Positions 40,148 to 50,161 of a stretch of 64,000 bases of DNA are shown piece by piece; the stretch's first letter is position 1, and each line of letters begins with the position of its first letter. The position numbers were made by a program, and so were the translations under genes. The stretch lies in IMG/VR virus record IMGVR_UViG_3300044972_002389, positions 1 through 64,000 of that record; one strand, 5' to 3'. Under the pieces are notes generated by a model, which saw only the letters and a list, made by a program, of their open reading frames with translations, had not been told where the DNA came from and searched no databases.

Positions 40148-41497
40148 ATGCCAACACCCTCTGAAATCCAAACTAGTATTGACTCATTAATAACTGCTTG
40201 CGACAGTGTTTGTTTTCCTTTGTTAGCAGCCCAAACCAGTGCTGCTGGAGTTGGCATTAGTTTTGTTGTTAACACAGTATCAGACTTACCTGACCTAGCT
40301 ACAAAGTGCATAGGTTTTGGTCAAACAGTTTTTGTCAAAAGTATTTGTGTACCTGTAATATCCACTTGTACTTCATGGGTGGGATTGGATGGTAGGGTTT
40401 TACGTCGAGATTGGCCTCTTAGACAGATGTGGACTTGGGGTCGTAATATATGCGGTCCGTTAGGAGACAACACTGTTACAAGTCGCTCAAGTCCAGTGAG
40501 AGAAATCACCAGTTCTGTCACTTGGTGTCAAACTTCGGCAGGCAGCGCCTTCACTAGTGCAATAAAAACAGATAGCACACTGTGGACTTGGGGATACAAT
40601 GTCCAGGGTCAGTTGGGAGTCAACACTGTTACAAGTCGCTCAAGTCCTGTAAGGGAAATCACCAGTTCAACTACTTGGTGTCAAACTTCAGCTGGTAATT
40701 CTCACAACAGTGCATTAAAAACAGATGGTACACTTTGGACTTGGGGATATAACGGGTGTGGCAGATTGGGAGATAACACTGTTACAAGTCGCTCAAGTCC
40801 AGTGAGAGAAATCACCAGTTCAACCACTTGGTGTCAAACATCAAGTGGTAGTTTTCACACCAGTGCATTAAAAACAGATGGTACACTTTGGAGTTGGGGA
40901 AATAACTATTGCGGTATGTTAGGAGACACCACTGTTACCAATCGCTCAAGTCCTGTAAGGGAAATCACCAGTTCCACCACTTGGCGTCAAACATCAGCTG
41001 GTAAAGGTATTACCATCAGTGCAGTAAAGACAGATGGCACACTTTGGAGTTGGGGGTGTAATAGGTGTGGGCAGTTGGGAGATAACACTGTTACCAATCG
41101 CTCAAGTCCGGTGAGAGAAATAAGCAGCAGCACCACTTGGTGTCAAACTTCGGCAAGCGCCTGGACTAGTGCAATAAAAACAGATGGCACACTTTGGAGT
41201 TGGGGATTTAACCAGTGTGGGCAGTTAGGAATCAACAACACAGGTCTACTATCAAGTCCAGGGAGAGAAATCACCAATTCCACCACTTGGTGTCAAACTT
41301 CAGCTGGTAGTAATCACAACACTGCAATAAAGACAGATGGCACACTTTGGACTTGGGGATTTAACGATTGCGGTGTGTTAGGAGATAACACTGTTACCAA
41401 TCGCTCAAGTCCGGTGAGAGAAATAAGCAGCAGCACCGCGTGGTGTCAAACTTCGGCCGGTTCCATGACGGCTGCAATTCTCCAGTGCTATAACTAG
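40148..41497 (+). CDS. RCC1 repeat protein 6
   Basis: 7 repeats; GGAG RBS. Confidence 0.9.
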   Translation: MPTPSEIQTSIDSLITACDSVCFPLLAAQTSAAGVGISFVVNTVSDLPDLATKCIGFGQTVFVKSICVPVISTCTSWVGLDGRVLRRDWPLRQMWTWGRNICGPLGDNTVTSRSSPVREITSSVTWCQTSAGSAFTSAIKTDSTLWTWGYNVQGQLGVNTVTSRSSPVREITSSTTWCQTSAGNSHNSALKTDGTLWTWGYNGCGRLGDNTVTSRSSPVREITSSTTWCQTSSGSFHTSALKTDGTLWSWGNNYCGMLGDTTVTNRSSPVREITSSTTWRQTSAGKGITISAVKTDGTLWSWGCNRCGQLGDNTVTNRSSPVREISSSTTWCQTSASAWTSAIKTDGTLWSWGFNQCGQLGINNTGLLSSPGREITNSTTWCQTSAGSNHNTAIKTDGTLWTWGFNDCGVLGDNTVTNRSSPVREISSSTAWCQTSAGSMTAAILQCYN

Positions 41498-41529
41498 CAC
41501 ACAGTCAAATCGCCAACTAAGCTTACTGG

Positions 41530-42360
41530 ATGACCCTTACTCTATTCACCATCACAAACATCCAGCACGAACTCACTAGTTTCTCACTTCAAAAAACCCT
41601 TGCCTCTACACCGATCACCACCACAATTGTGGTGTCAGATCAACCATTAACTCTTGCACAACCCCATACACAATATCCAATTCCAGAAAACTTTGGCATG
41701 CTGGAATACTGTGATTTCTGCCTCAAGAGCATGCACAGCTACATCAACACTGATTTTGTGTTGATAGCACACTATGATGGCATAGCCACAAACCCCAAAG
41801 CCTGGACTGATGAATATTTTGAATATGATTACGTGGGCAGCCTCTCGCATCCTGAATTTCCGCCAATGAAAGGCAGCCTGCAAGCCAGTGGCCACTACCA
41901 AGAATTTAAAAACGCAGATTGGTTCACCTGTGGCGGAGGATTAAGCTTGCGAAGCCGTCGCCTCCTCAAAATCCTAGCTGAAGATCCCCAGATCAAAACC
42001 CGGAACTACACCCCCAATCACAACACGCCCTTCATCAGTGAGGATGCTGTGATTACACTGCTCAACCAGAATTACCTTGAAACTGCCTACAACATTCGAT
42101 TCGCTCCAGCACATATCAGCTTAAAATTCTGTGCAGAAGTGCTCACTGGTTACACCTCAGCATTGGGATTTCATGGTTGGTACAACGCACCTTTGTATCT
42201 CAGCGAACAAGAATGCCTCTTCTACTTTGAACATTTGGAAAAAATTGACTACAACAAAAACACCATGCAAGGGCAATTATTGAAATTTCACACCATGATG
42301 AAGGGATATTTACATTTACGTGATTATTTGATTTCTCAGGACAAATGGCTATTATACTAA
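41530..42360 (+). CDS. DUF5672-like (GT-A-like) protein
   Basis: INTDFVLIAHYDG..WTDEYFEYDYVG..GGGLSLRSRRLL..SED..GFHG. Confidence 0.7.
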   Translation: MTLTLFTITNIQHELTSFSLQKTLASTPITTTIVVSDQPLTLAQPHTQYPIPENFGMLEYCDFCLKSMHSYINTDFVLIAHYDGIATNPKAWTDEYFEYDYVGSLSHPEFPPMKGSLQASGHYQEFKNADWFTCGGGLSLRSRRLLKILAEDPQIKTRNYTPNHNTPFISEDAVITLLNQNYLETAYNIRFAPAHISLKFCAEVLTGYTSALGFHGWYNAPLYLSEQECLFYFEHLEKIDYNKNTMQGQLLKFHTMMKGYLHLRDYLISQDKWLLY

Positions 42361-42363
42361 GTT

Positions 42364-43968
42364 ATGAACATATTGGGAATGAATTTTTCTCACGACGGTG
42401 CTGTGGCAGTTGTGAAAAATGGCAGATTAACAGCAGCTTTGGGAACAGAACGTGTTACTAGAGAAAAAAAGGCTTTTGGTGTAACCAACAAAACAATTGA
42501 GGCTATACTTCAGGAAGCTTCACTTAAACCTGAGGACATCAGTTGCATAGCATTGGCTGACTACAAGGCCAACCACAGCAACGGTGTCTTGGCACTATAT
42601 GACAGTGATGGCAACACTGTGGAGAGAACTGCCTACTCACTCTACAACAACGACGTGCGAACGCTTACAGGTGTTTTCCTCGGCAGCCACAAAATACCAG
42701 TGTATGTGCTGCCACATCATTTGGCGCATGCCAGCAGTGCCTACTACACTAGCAATTTTGATAAGGCCATTTGTTTCAGCTTAGACAGCAGTTTTGGCGA
42801 ACTTGGCGACAACAACATGGTGTTTTTTGGTGAAGGCACTAAGCTTCAAGCTCAAATGTGCCCAACACTCATCTCAGGTATTGGGTATGCCATCTTCACC
42901 GAGCTGTTGGGTTTCTCCCCAGCCTACAGCAAGGCAGGCACCACCATGGGACTCAGCAGTTATGGTAAATCACTCACTGGCCCTATTTTTGATGAGATTT
43001 TGAAAAAACAATGGTTCAGTGTTCAAGAACACGCTGAGTTGGAATACAGGAAGTTCTGGAGCAATGTGTGGGAAAAACTCATTGCCAAGCACCCACATGA
43101 GCTCACACACAAGGAAAGCAGTGATTTGGCTGCTACTATTCAAGAGCTACTGGAGAAGAGTGTTCTGGAAACACTAGCTACACTGCACCAAATTTATCCG
43201 CAACGACAGTTATGCCTCAGTGGTGGCAGCATGCTGAACTGCATCTTGAACAGCCGGATAGCTGAAAGCAAGCTTTGGGAGGGCATTCATCACTTTCCTG
43301 CATGTGGCGATGACGGCAATGCGGTGGGCGCCGCTCTTTGGGTAGCGCACCATTTGTTTGACTTACCAAGGCAAAATTATCAACCGCAGAATTTATGTTA
43401 TTTGGGACCTTCTCAAAACACTACCTCCATTGTGGACTACACTAGAGTTTGTGAGCTACTGGCTCAAGGAGCTATAGTGGCCTGGCACTGGGGCAGAAGC
43501 GAATATGGGCCTCGAGCACTGGGCCACAGAAGTCTTTTGGCTGATGCACAAAGCTATCACATGCGTGAGAAAATAAATTTCGCAGTGAAAAACAGAGAAT
43601 GGTTTCGACCTATTGCGCCTGTGGTGTTGCAGGAACACGCCCACGATTGGTTCTCCTTGCCAATACCCTCGAGCCCCTACATGCTTTACACTGCACAAGT
43701 GCTGAAGCCGCAACTGATTCCAGCAGTGTGTCATGTGGACAACAGTGCACGCCCGCAAACTGTTACAGCTGAACAAAATCCCCAGTTGCACCAACTGCTC
43801 ACTTGTTACCATCAATTGACAGGCGTTCCTGTGCTGTGCAACACCAGCTTGAATGGCGCTGGAGAGCCCATTATGGAAACTCCTGAACAGAGTTTGAGAT
43901 TTTTTGAAACCAATGACAGCGTTGCCGCACTGATGTTGAATGGACAGCTTTTGGAGAAATCACAATGA
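42364..43968 (+). CDS. Carbamoyltransferase (NodU/CmcH family)
   Basis: SHDGAVA, ERVTREK, HHLAHA, MGLSSYG, LSGGSMLN, EYGPRALGHRS, KNREWFRPIAP, HVDNSARPQTV, NTSLN. Confidence 0.93.
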   Translation: MNILGMNFSHDGAVAVVKNGRLTAALGTERVTREKKAFGVTNKTIEAILQEASLKPEDISCIALADYKANHSNGVLALYDSDGNTVERTAYSLYNNDVRTLTGVFLGSHKIPVYVLPHHLAHASSAYYTSNFDKAICFSLDSSFGELGDNNMVFFGEGTKLQAQMCPTLISGIGYAIFTELLGFSPAYSKAGTTMGLSSYGKSLTGPIFDEILKKQWFSVQEHAELEYRKFWSNVWEKLIAKHPHELTHKESSDLAATIQELLEKSVLETLATLHQIYPQRQLCLSGGSMLNCILNSRIAESKLWEGIHHFPACGDDGNAVGAALWVAHHLFDLPRQNYQPQNLCYLGPSQNTTSIVDYTRVCELLAQGAIVAWHWGRSEYGPRALGHRSLLADAQSYHMREKINFAVKNREWFRPIAPVVLQEHAHDWFSLPIPSSPYMLYTAQVLKPQLIPAVCHVDNSARPQTVTAEQNPQLHQLLTCYHQLTGVPVLCNTSLNGAGEPIMETPEQSLRFFETNDSVAALMLNGQLLEKSQ

Positions 43969-44507
43969 AAATCTATATTGGCGCAGGTGAAGACAGGATT
44001 GATGGATATGTGCACTGTGACTACGATCCCAACTGCAATCCTGATTTTTGTTTTGACCTTGAAAAAGACATTTTCCCATTTCCCACCAACAGTGTAGATG
44101 TGTTGAGAGCCACTCATGTGTTAGAGCACTTGGGCGAGGGGTATTTTCACTGTCTGCAGGAAATTTATCGAGTGTGCAAACCTGGGGCAAGAGTACATAT
44201 TCATGTACCTCATCACCGCAGTGATGACTTCTTCAGCGACCCCACGCACAAACGCCCAGTCACTGTAGATGGCTTGCGCTTGTTTGGCTGCAAATACAAC
44301 CAATTGGCACGCAAGCAAGGTGCACATGCCAGTAGGCTTGCCGAACGCTACAATGTGGATTTTGAGGTGGTGGACTACAGCTTGCGACCCATGGAAAAAT
44401 ACAAAGATCAATTTGTGGGGCAACCTAAAGAACAGGTAGAGCAGTATCTTGAACAGCACTGTAACATAATCGACGAAGTCTACATTCAGTTAGTGGTAGT
44501 AAAGTAA
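43965..44507 (+). CDS. Class I SAM-dependent methyltransferase
   Basis: IYIGAG, HVLEHL, EIYRVCKPGA, DPTH. Confidence 0.82.
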   Translation: MKIYIGAGEDRIDGYVHCDYDPNCNPDFCFDLEKDIFPFPTNSVDVLRATHVLEHLGEGYFHCLQEIYRVCKPGARVHIHVPHHRSDDFFSDPTHKRPVTVDGLRLFGCKYNQLARKQGAHASRLAERYNVDFEVVDYSLRPMEKYKDQFVGQPKEQVEQYLEQHCNIIDEVYIQLVVVK

Positions 44508-44510
44508 CCC

Positions 44511-45866
44511 ATGAGCTCAACATTTGAGCATGTGAAAACCACAGCACTGGAGTTGGCCAAACAGGAAAATCATCCACTGGCATTTCAACTCTTGGACCAT
44601 TATTGGCCCAGAGCGCAAACACTGCTAGAGCTGGAAACTTTGGGCACAGTGAGCCTAAAGATTGGTCATACAGACTTGGCTGTCAAGTGTGCTGAAACTG
44701 TTGCAGGTATGTGCACTACACCTGAAGAATCTTATGTAGCAAGAGTGAACTTAGGCAAAGCCTATTATCGTGCAAATCAGCCAGAAAAAGCATTATTTTA
44801 CAATAAGATAAATTTGGAAATGCGCCCAAATGACTTTGACGCTATAGTGAGTTATGCTGCCAGTTTGAAGTTAAATGGTGAGCGTGGCGAGAGCGAAAGA
44901 GTAATAAATGATTTGAAGTGTCAGCCTTGGGTCACAGCTGACCAGTGCGAGAATCTGCGCATAACTGACACTCATCCACTGCTCCGAGCTGGACAAACTG
45001 CTGAAGGAATTCGGTGGTTCCTACACACGGACAGAGATCGCACAACTGTTTTTGACATCAAAGGAATGAGAATTTGGAATGGAGTGAAGGTGCCAGGCCA
45101 AACTCTCTATGTGAATGCCTGCGGAGGAGCTGGTGACGAGCTCATCAACATCAGGTTCTTCAACCATCTCAAAAACTTGGGTATGCAACCAAAACTTTTC
45201 AGCATATTAGACCGCCCTGGATTAGCCCAAGTGTTCCGCCGACATGGATTTGAAGTGTTGGTGAATGAGGAGGAGATTGATGTTCATCAGCCCTGGACTT
45301 ATCTCATGAACTTGCCTATTGATTTGGGTGTTGGCGAACAAGACCTTTGGAAAGGGCCTTATCTCACAGCGTCTGGCCAACCTCATACCAAACTGCCTGC
45401 GTCAAAAAAACTACGTGTTGGGGTAAAATGTCAAGGCAACCCTTATTTTGAGCAGGACATTTATCGCTGTATTCCTTTGGAGCAGATGCTGAGTGTGATA
45501 CCCTCGGATGTTGAAATCTACAATTTTGATCTACAGCACACGCACGAGAGATGCCATAATCTTCGAGCCAGGATCAACTCCTGGGACGACACACTGGACT
45601 ATCTCAGTCAAATGGATATTGTGCTCAGCAGTTGTACTAGTATAATACATGCAGCCGCCAGTATGGGAGTGCCTGGGATTGTGTGTGTGCCTATTTTGGA
45701 ATATTATGTTTGGACCAGCACACATACTGACGAGAGCACGCCATGGTATTCAAAAAGCTTACGTGTACTGAAGCAACAGACTCCAGGGTGTTGGTCTACA
45801 CCATTGCAGAGAGCAGGTGAAATTATTAAAACAACTCTACGAGAAAAACAACAAAATGACAACTGA
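44511..45866 (+). CDS. TPR protein with C-terminal GT9-like glycosyltransferase domain
   Basis: TPR helices, then GAGDELINIRF, SWDDTLDYLSQMDIVLSSCTSIIHAAASMG, PWY. Confidence 0.8.
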   Translation: MSSTFEHVKTTALELAKQENHPLAFQLLDHYWPRAQTLLELETLGTVSLKIGHTDLAVKCAETVAGMCTTPEESYVARVNLGKAYYRANQPEKALFYNKINLEMRPNDFDAIVSYAASLKLNGERGESERVINDLKCQPWVTADQCENLRITDTHPLLRAGQTAEGIRWFLHTDRDRTTVFDIKGMRIWNGVKVPGQTLYVNACGGAGDELINIRFFNHLKNLGMQPKLFSILDRPGLAQVFRRHGFEVLVNEEEIDVHQPWTYLMNLPIDLGVGEQDLWKGPYLTASGQPHTKLPASKKLRVGVKCQGNPYFEQDIYRCIPLEQMLSVIPSDVEIYNFDLQHTHERCHNLRARINSWDDTLDYLSQMDIVLSSCTSIIHAAASMGVPGIVCVPILEYYVWTSTHTDESTPWYSKSLRVLKQQTPGCWSTPLQRAGEIIKTTLREKQQNDN

Positions 45867-46635
45867 AAAACACTATCACATGATAAGCGGGCTACCACGG
45901 AGCGGAAGCACCTTGCTAAGCAGCATTTTGCGGCAGAATCCAGTGATGCATGCCAGCATTACTGATCCACTGGCCACTATGGTTCGAGGAGTGATTGAAA
46001 CTAGTGTAGACAGTCCTGGTATGCGAACAGAAGTACCAGTGAGTCGCAGAAAAAATCTTGTGCGAGCATTGTTTGACGGCTACTACCAAGATGTAGACAA
46101 AAGTATTTGTTGGAACACCAACCGAGCCTGGACCCGACTCTTGCCACAAATCCAGGAGGTTTATCCCAGCTCACGAGTGTTGGTTTGTGTGCGTGACCTC
46201 AAATGGGTTTTGGACAGTTTTGAAACTGCACATCGACGACACCCTTTTGACAAAAACACCATTTTTGGTGGGATTGGCGACAGTGTGTATGATCGGATGA
46301 ACTTGTTGATGGAGAAGAATGGCATAGTGGAATTTGCCTATACTGGAGTGAAACAAGCTATTACTAGTGCAGAAAAACATATGTTGATGTTGATCGAATA
46401 CGAACAGTTGTGTCGAAATCCCCAAGGCGTGCTCCAGGCAGTGTATAATTTCATCGGAGAACCCTACTACCCTCATGATTTTGACGCGGTAGAGGCCAGT
46501 TGGGACGAGTATGATGCAGAGATTGGTATGCAATTACATAAAATACACAGCAGAGTAGAATGGCGGCCTAGAGAAACTATTTTGCCTCCAGATATCTTAA
46601 GCCAATACTCCAATATGGAAGTTTGGAGATATTGA
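45856..46635 (+). CDS. Sulfotransferase
   Basis: GLPRSGSTLL PAPS-binding loop, VRD..VLDS, IEYEQLCRNP. Confidence 0.88.
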   Translation: MTTEKHYHMISGLPRSGSTLLSSILRQNPVMHASITDPLATMVRGVIETSVDSPGMRTEVPVSRRKNLVRALFDGYYQDVDKSICWNTNRAWTRLLPQIQEVYPSSRVLVCVRDLKWVLDSFETAHRRHPFDKNTIFGGIGDSVYDRMNLLMEKNGIVEFAYTGVKQAITSAEKHMLMLIEYEQLCRNPQGVLQAVYNFIGEPYYPHDFDAVEASWDEYDAEIGMQLHKIHSRVEWRPRETILPPDILSQYSNMEVWRY

Positions 46636-46637
46636 GC

Positions 46638-47453
46638 ATGAGTATTCAAAATACCAATCCTCTTGAGTTGCATGTGATTTTGCGCACTTGTGATCGAGCC
46701 AATGTACACAATGATTGGCGGGTGCGCTATTGTGACATGGAAAAAATTGACTTGGTAAAGGGCTGTTTCAACAGCCTTGTGGCTGCCATCCTACACTGCA
46801 CTTGGTTTCACGTAAAACTCACTGTGTTGGACGACAGCAGCAGCCCGGCGTTAGTGGAATTTCTTAAGGAAAAGGGATCTCTCTTACCAAATTTTGAACT
46901 GGTTCAATTGGAAACGCAAGGCTATCAAAACTCAGGACATGAGGTGTTTTTGCGTGCCAAAAACAGCAGTAGTGACTTAGTGTATTGTGTGGAAGATGAC
47001 TACTTACATGCGCCATCCTCTCTACAAGAGATGGTGGACAGCTATTTCCTCTTCAAACAAAAATTGAACAATGATCAGATAGTATTATATCCATTCGACG
47101 CGCCTGAATGCTATGATCCACCTACCCCACCCTGTTGGCTAGTGCATGGCACAGCTCGCCACTGGAGAAGCGGCATCTACACAACTTTTGTGATGTTGAC
47201 TGTGCCAAGCTTGATAGAACAAAATTGGGGTTTGTTTGAGGCCTTGAGTTTGAACTACAGCGGCATGTATTTGCGCAAGGGCAAGGAAAATGAGTTTCGC
47301 TACACAGAAGACAACACTATCTGGAATATTTGGCGGAACGGACCAGCCATTAGATTCAATCCTATTCCCAGCTTGGCTCTGCACATGCAATTTGATGCGC
47401 AAATGGATCCATTCTTAGACTGGAAACAGTGGTGGCAAAATTATGCCCAATAG
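46638..47453 (+). CDS. GT-A-fold glycosyltransferase
   Basis: VLDDSSS, VYCVEDDYLH, PIPSLALH. Confidence 0.72.
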   Translation: MSIQNTNPLELHVILRTCDRANVHNDWRVRYCDMEKIDLVKGCFNSLVAAILHCTWFHVKLTVLDDSSSPALVEFLKEKGSLLPNFELVQLETQGYQNSGHEVFLRAKNSSSDLVYCVEDDYLHAPSSLQEMVDSYFLFKQKLNNDQIVLYPFDAPECYDPPTPPCWLVHGTARHWRSGIYTTFVMLTVPSLIEQNWGLFEALSLNYSGMYLRKGKENEFRYTEDNTIWNIWRNGPAIRFNPIPSLALHMQFDAQMDPFLDWKQWWQNYAQ

Positions 47454-47820
47454 AAGTTGCGGGAGTTGCACTGCCTGTTGTGAAGGCCATCTCTATGGCA
47501 ATGCCTATGGAAACATTCAAACTCGCGGCACCCCCTGCAGATTTTTGCACACCACAGGTTGCACCATTTACATCACTAAACCTGAATTCTGCACTCGGTT
47601 TCAATGCCTTTGGCTACAAGGGCTGTTGGACGACAGCATGCGTCCCAGTGAGTGCGGGCTCTTGGTCACTGTTGAAAGAATGGCAGACAAAACACAAAGG
47701 TTGCATGCGACAGAAGTTTGGCCGCAAGTGCCTCTCAGCAGCTATCAAAACTTGGCAAAATGGGCCAAAGACTTAGACACCACCTGGGAATTGCGAAAGT
47801 ACCATGAGCTACAATCCTGA
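47443..47820 (+). CDS. YkgJ-like Cys-cluster (putative Fe-S/Zn) protein
   Basis: CGSCTACC..PCRFL..GCTIY..PEFCTRFQCLWL. Confidence 0.78.
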   Translation: MPNRSCGSCTACCEGHLYGNAYGNIQTRGTPCRFLHTTGCTIYITKPEFCTRFQCLWLQGLLDDSMRPSECGLLVTVERMADKTQRLHATEVWPQVPLSSYQNLAKWAKDLDTTWELRKYHELQS

Positions 47821-48469
47821 TTTTTTCAAACCCGAAAGTTTTGAACATGCACAAAGCTTGATCTTAACTCCTGAAGGTGGCACCACTGCTGGCAGATGGG
47901 AAAAAGAAACCCAATGGGCACTCAATATGTTGACCACATTCTCCCCTGTTGATGAAAACAGTAGAGTGCTGGATTGGGGGTGTGGTGTGGGTCGATTAAG
48001 CCAGGCATTGATTCAAGCGCATAGCTGTAGTGTAGTGGGTGTGGATCTGCAACCAGAGATGCTGGAATTGGCAAATGATTATGTGAATCACAAAAACTTC
48101 TCTTCTGTGGCATTGAGTGATGCGCCTGGCTTGTTGAAATCAGGAACTTTCACTCATGTGATGTGTGTTTGGGTTTTGCAACATAGTCCTTATATAGAGC
48201 AGGAAATTCCCCTTCTGTGGCACCTTTTGCAGCCAGGGGGAACAATTTTTGTGGTGGAAAACATCACTAAAGCCATTCCCAATCAAACAAGTTTTTATGA
48301 TGATGGGGTTCCCACCACTACAGTTTTGGAGAAAACAGGATTTGAAACACAAGCACAAGGGCTCATCCCTTCCCACGTTACCACACCAAGAGTTCACAAA
48401 AACAGCTGGTGGCGATTGCTCACCAAACCCAACAAAAGGATCCTCAATGAACACGACATTCATCATTAA
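47804..48469 (+). CDS. Class I SAM-dependent methyltransferase
   Basis: VLDWGCGVGRL, GVDL, WVLQH, LLQPGG. Confidence 0.87.
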   Translation: MSYNPDFFKPESFEHAQSLILTPEGGTTAGRWEKETQWALNMLTTFSPVDENSRVLDWGCGVGRLSQALIQAHSCSVVGVDLQPEMLELANDYVNHKNFSSVALSDAPGLLKSGTFTHVMCVWVLQHSPYIEQEIPLLWHLLQPGGTIFVVENITKAIPNQTSFYDDGVPTTTVLEKTGFETQAQGLIPSHVTTPRVHKNSWWRLLTKPNKRILNEHDIHH

Positions 48470-49376
48470 CGGTGGCGCCGGCCGTGTGATTGCAGCCATA
48501 CCAGCACTGGAGAAATATGCACGATTGAACCCAACAGACGACTTCAAGGTGCTGATACATGGCTGGGAGTTGCTGTTCTGGAGCCACCCATTACTGCAAA
48601 ATCGCAGTTTTAGTATTAGCCAAAAAGGTGCGTTTGACTTGTTCATCCGAAACAATCGTGTGGTGTGTCCAGAGCCTTATTATATTCACGGCTACTACAA
48701 TCAGCGTTTGAGCTTAGCTGAGGCCTTTGATGAGGAAATCAACAAAACTGATGATCACTGTGATTTGGAACATCCACATCTCTACATCAGCAATCTGGAA
48801 AGAGACACTGTGAGACGACTTATCAAGGAAAAGCTAGCCGAAACCAACAAACGTCGACTTGTTGTAATCCAACCCTACGGCAGCGGCATTGGCATGATGA
48901 ATGGAAAACCCTATGACAGCAGCCATCGCAGCATGGATCCTGATGACTATCTCAGCCTGGTTCAAAAATTCAACAAAGACATTTTGGTAGTGTATTTTGG
49001 CTTGCGTGAGCTTAAGCACCCTGGAGACAAAACCAGTATTGATCTTGACACCATGAATCCAGATCTCAGAATGTATTTGAGTTTTATAGCAGAGTGTGAC
49101 TATTTTGTTGGGTGCGACAGCGTAGGGCAACACATGGCGCGCTCTATGGCGAAGCCTGGTTTGGTGATGATGGGCAGTACAGATGAAATCAATGTCAGCT
49201 ATCCCAACCATTTCAAAATCTACCGTAATGGGCAAAAGCCAGTATATAGCCCTATCAGACTTACTGGCACAGATTGTGAATTTGCGGACCGGATGAATGA
49301 TGGCATAATGCGGTTCAGCAACAAACAAATTGACGAAATCGCACAAATTGTAAATTTTGAAGTGTTTAAAAACTGA
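48447..49376 (+). CDS. GT9-like (heptosyltransferase-like) glycosyltransferase
   Basis: INGGAGRVIAA..VIQPYG..CDYFVGCDSVGQHMARS; ATG after AAGGA. Confidence 0.72.
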   Translation: MNTTFIINGGAGRVIAAIPALEKYARLNPTDDFKVLIHGWELLFWSHPLLQNRSFSISQKGAFDLFIRNNRVVCPEPYYIHGYYNQRLSLAEAFDEEINKTDDHCDLEHPHLYISNLERDTVRRLIKEKLAETNKRRLVVIQPYGSGIGMMNGKPYDSSHRSMDPDDYLSLVQKFNKDILVVYFGLRELKHPGDKTSIDLDTMNPDLRMYLSFIAECDYFVGCDSVGQHMARSMAKPGLVMMGSTDEINVSYPNHFKIYRNGQKPVYSPIRLTGTDCEFADRMNDGIMRFSNKQIDEIAQIVNFEVFKN

Positions 49377-50161
49377 TGACAGGGTCAAGTGGATTGACAG
49401 GTGTGAAGCACCATTTGCTGGTCAGCAGTGGCAAAGGCGGTGTAGGCAAAAGCACTGTAGCTGCAAACTTGGCAGCCAGCTTAGCTCATCAAGGCTTGCG
49501 TATAGGACTATTGGATGCTGATATTTCTGGTCCCAGTCAAGCAGTGATGTGGGCATTACCAGAAAACACCAGTGTAAAAGTCAGCACTGACCCCCAGCTG
49601 AGCTTGCCTTTTGTTCAATATGGTGTAAAAATAACCACGTTGGCCACGAGAATAAGTGAAAGTCAAGCTGTTAGTTGGCGAGGTCCAATGATGAGTATGG
49701 GTGTAATCAATTTGTTGTGCCACACTGATTGGGGAGAACTAGACTGTTTAGTAGTGGACATGCCTCCAGGCACTGGAGATGTTCACACCAGCATTTGTGA
49801 CAAATTACCCTCTGCAGGAGTAGTGACTGTGACAACCCCGCAACGGGTGGCTGTTGCTGATACAAGACGAGGCATGCAAATGTATCAAAACAGAGGATTA
49901 CGGTTGTTGGGCGTCGTGGAAAACATGAGCACACATGTTTGTGAGAATTGCGGACATACTAATCATGTTTTTGGTCACTCTGGTGCAGCCACGTTGTGCC
50001 AAGAATTTGATACCAAAATTTTGTGCAGTTTGCCCTTGAATGCTGAGTTGCGATGGCAAGGAGATGAAGGCGCTCCACTGGTGGTAGCTGACCCCTCACA
50101 TATTTTGAGTGCCTTGTTCCTAGATACAGCCAGTGAGATTTGGAGACTTTTGAATGACTAG
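49376..50161 (+). CDS. apbC: Mrp/ApbC/NBP35-family Fe-S cluster carrier ATPase
   Basis: SGKGGVGKST, DADISGPS, WRGPM, DMPPGTGD, VTTPQ, VENMS..CENC. Confidence 0.9.
   Translation: MTGSSGLTGVKHHLLVSSGKGGVGKSTVAANLAASLAHQGLRIGLLDADISGPSQAVMWALPENTSVKVSTDPQLSLPFVQYGVKITTLATRISESQAVSWRGPMMSMGVINLLCHTDWGELDCLVVDMPPGTGDVHTSICDKLPSAGVVTVTTPQRVAVADTRRGMQMYQNRGLRLLGVVENMSTHVCENCGHTNHVFGHSGAATLCQEFDTKILCSLPLNAELRWQGDEGAPLVVADPSHILSALFLDTASEIWRLLND

Larger units (their letters stand above)
36350..41470 (+). repeat. ~150-160-bp coding repeat with near-invariant core TCAAGTCCAGTGAGAGAAATCACCAGCAGCACCACTTGGTGTCAAAC
   Basis: About 28 copies across RCC1 genes 3-6; more diverged copies in genes 1-2. Confidence 0.9.

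Noticed and set aside
36350-41470. CRISPR-like look of conserved repeats separated by variable segments
   Set aside because: Period is ~150-160 bp, in frame within intact ORFs; repeats are non-palindromic and encode RCC1 frameworks; no cas genes
32713-41497. Diversity-generating retroelement acting on RCC1 loops (one loop reads AAC AAC AAC)
   Set aside because: No reverse transcriptase or non-coding template repeat in the window; loop differences include non-adenine positions and indels
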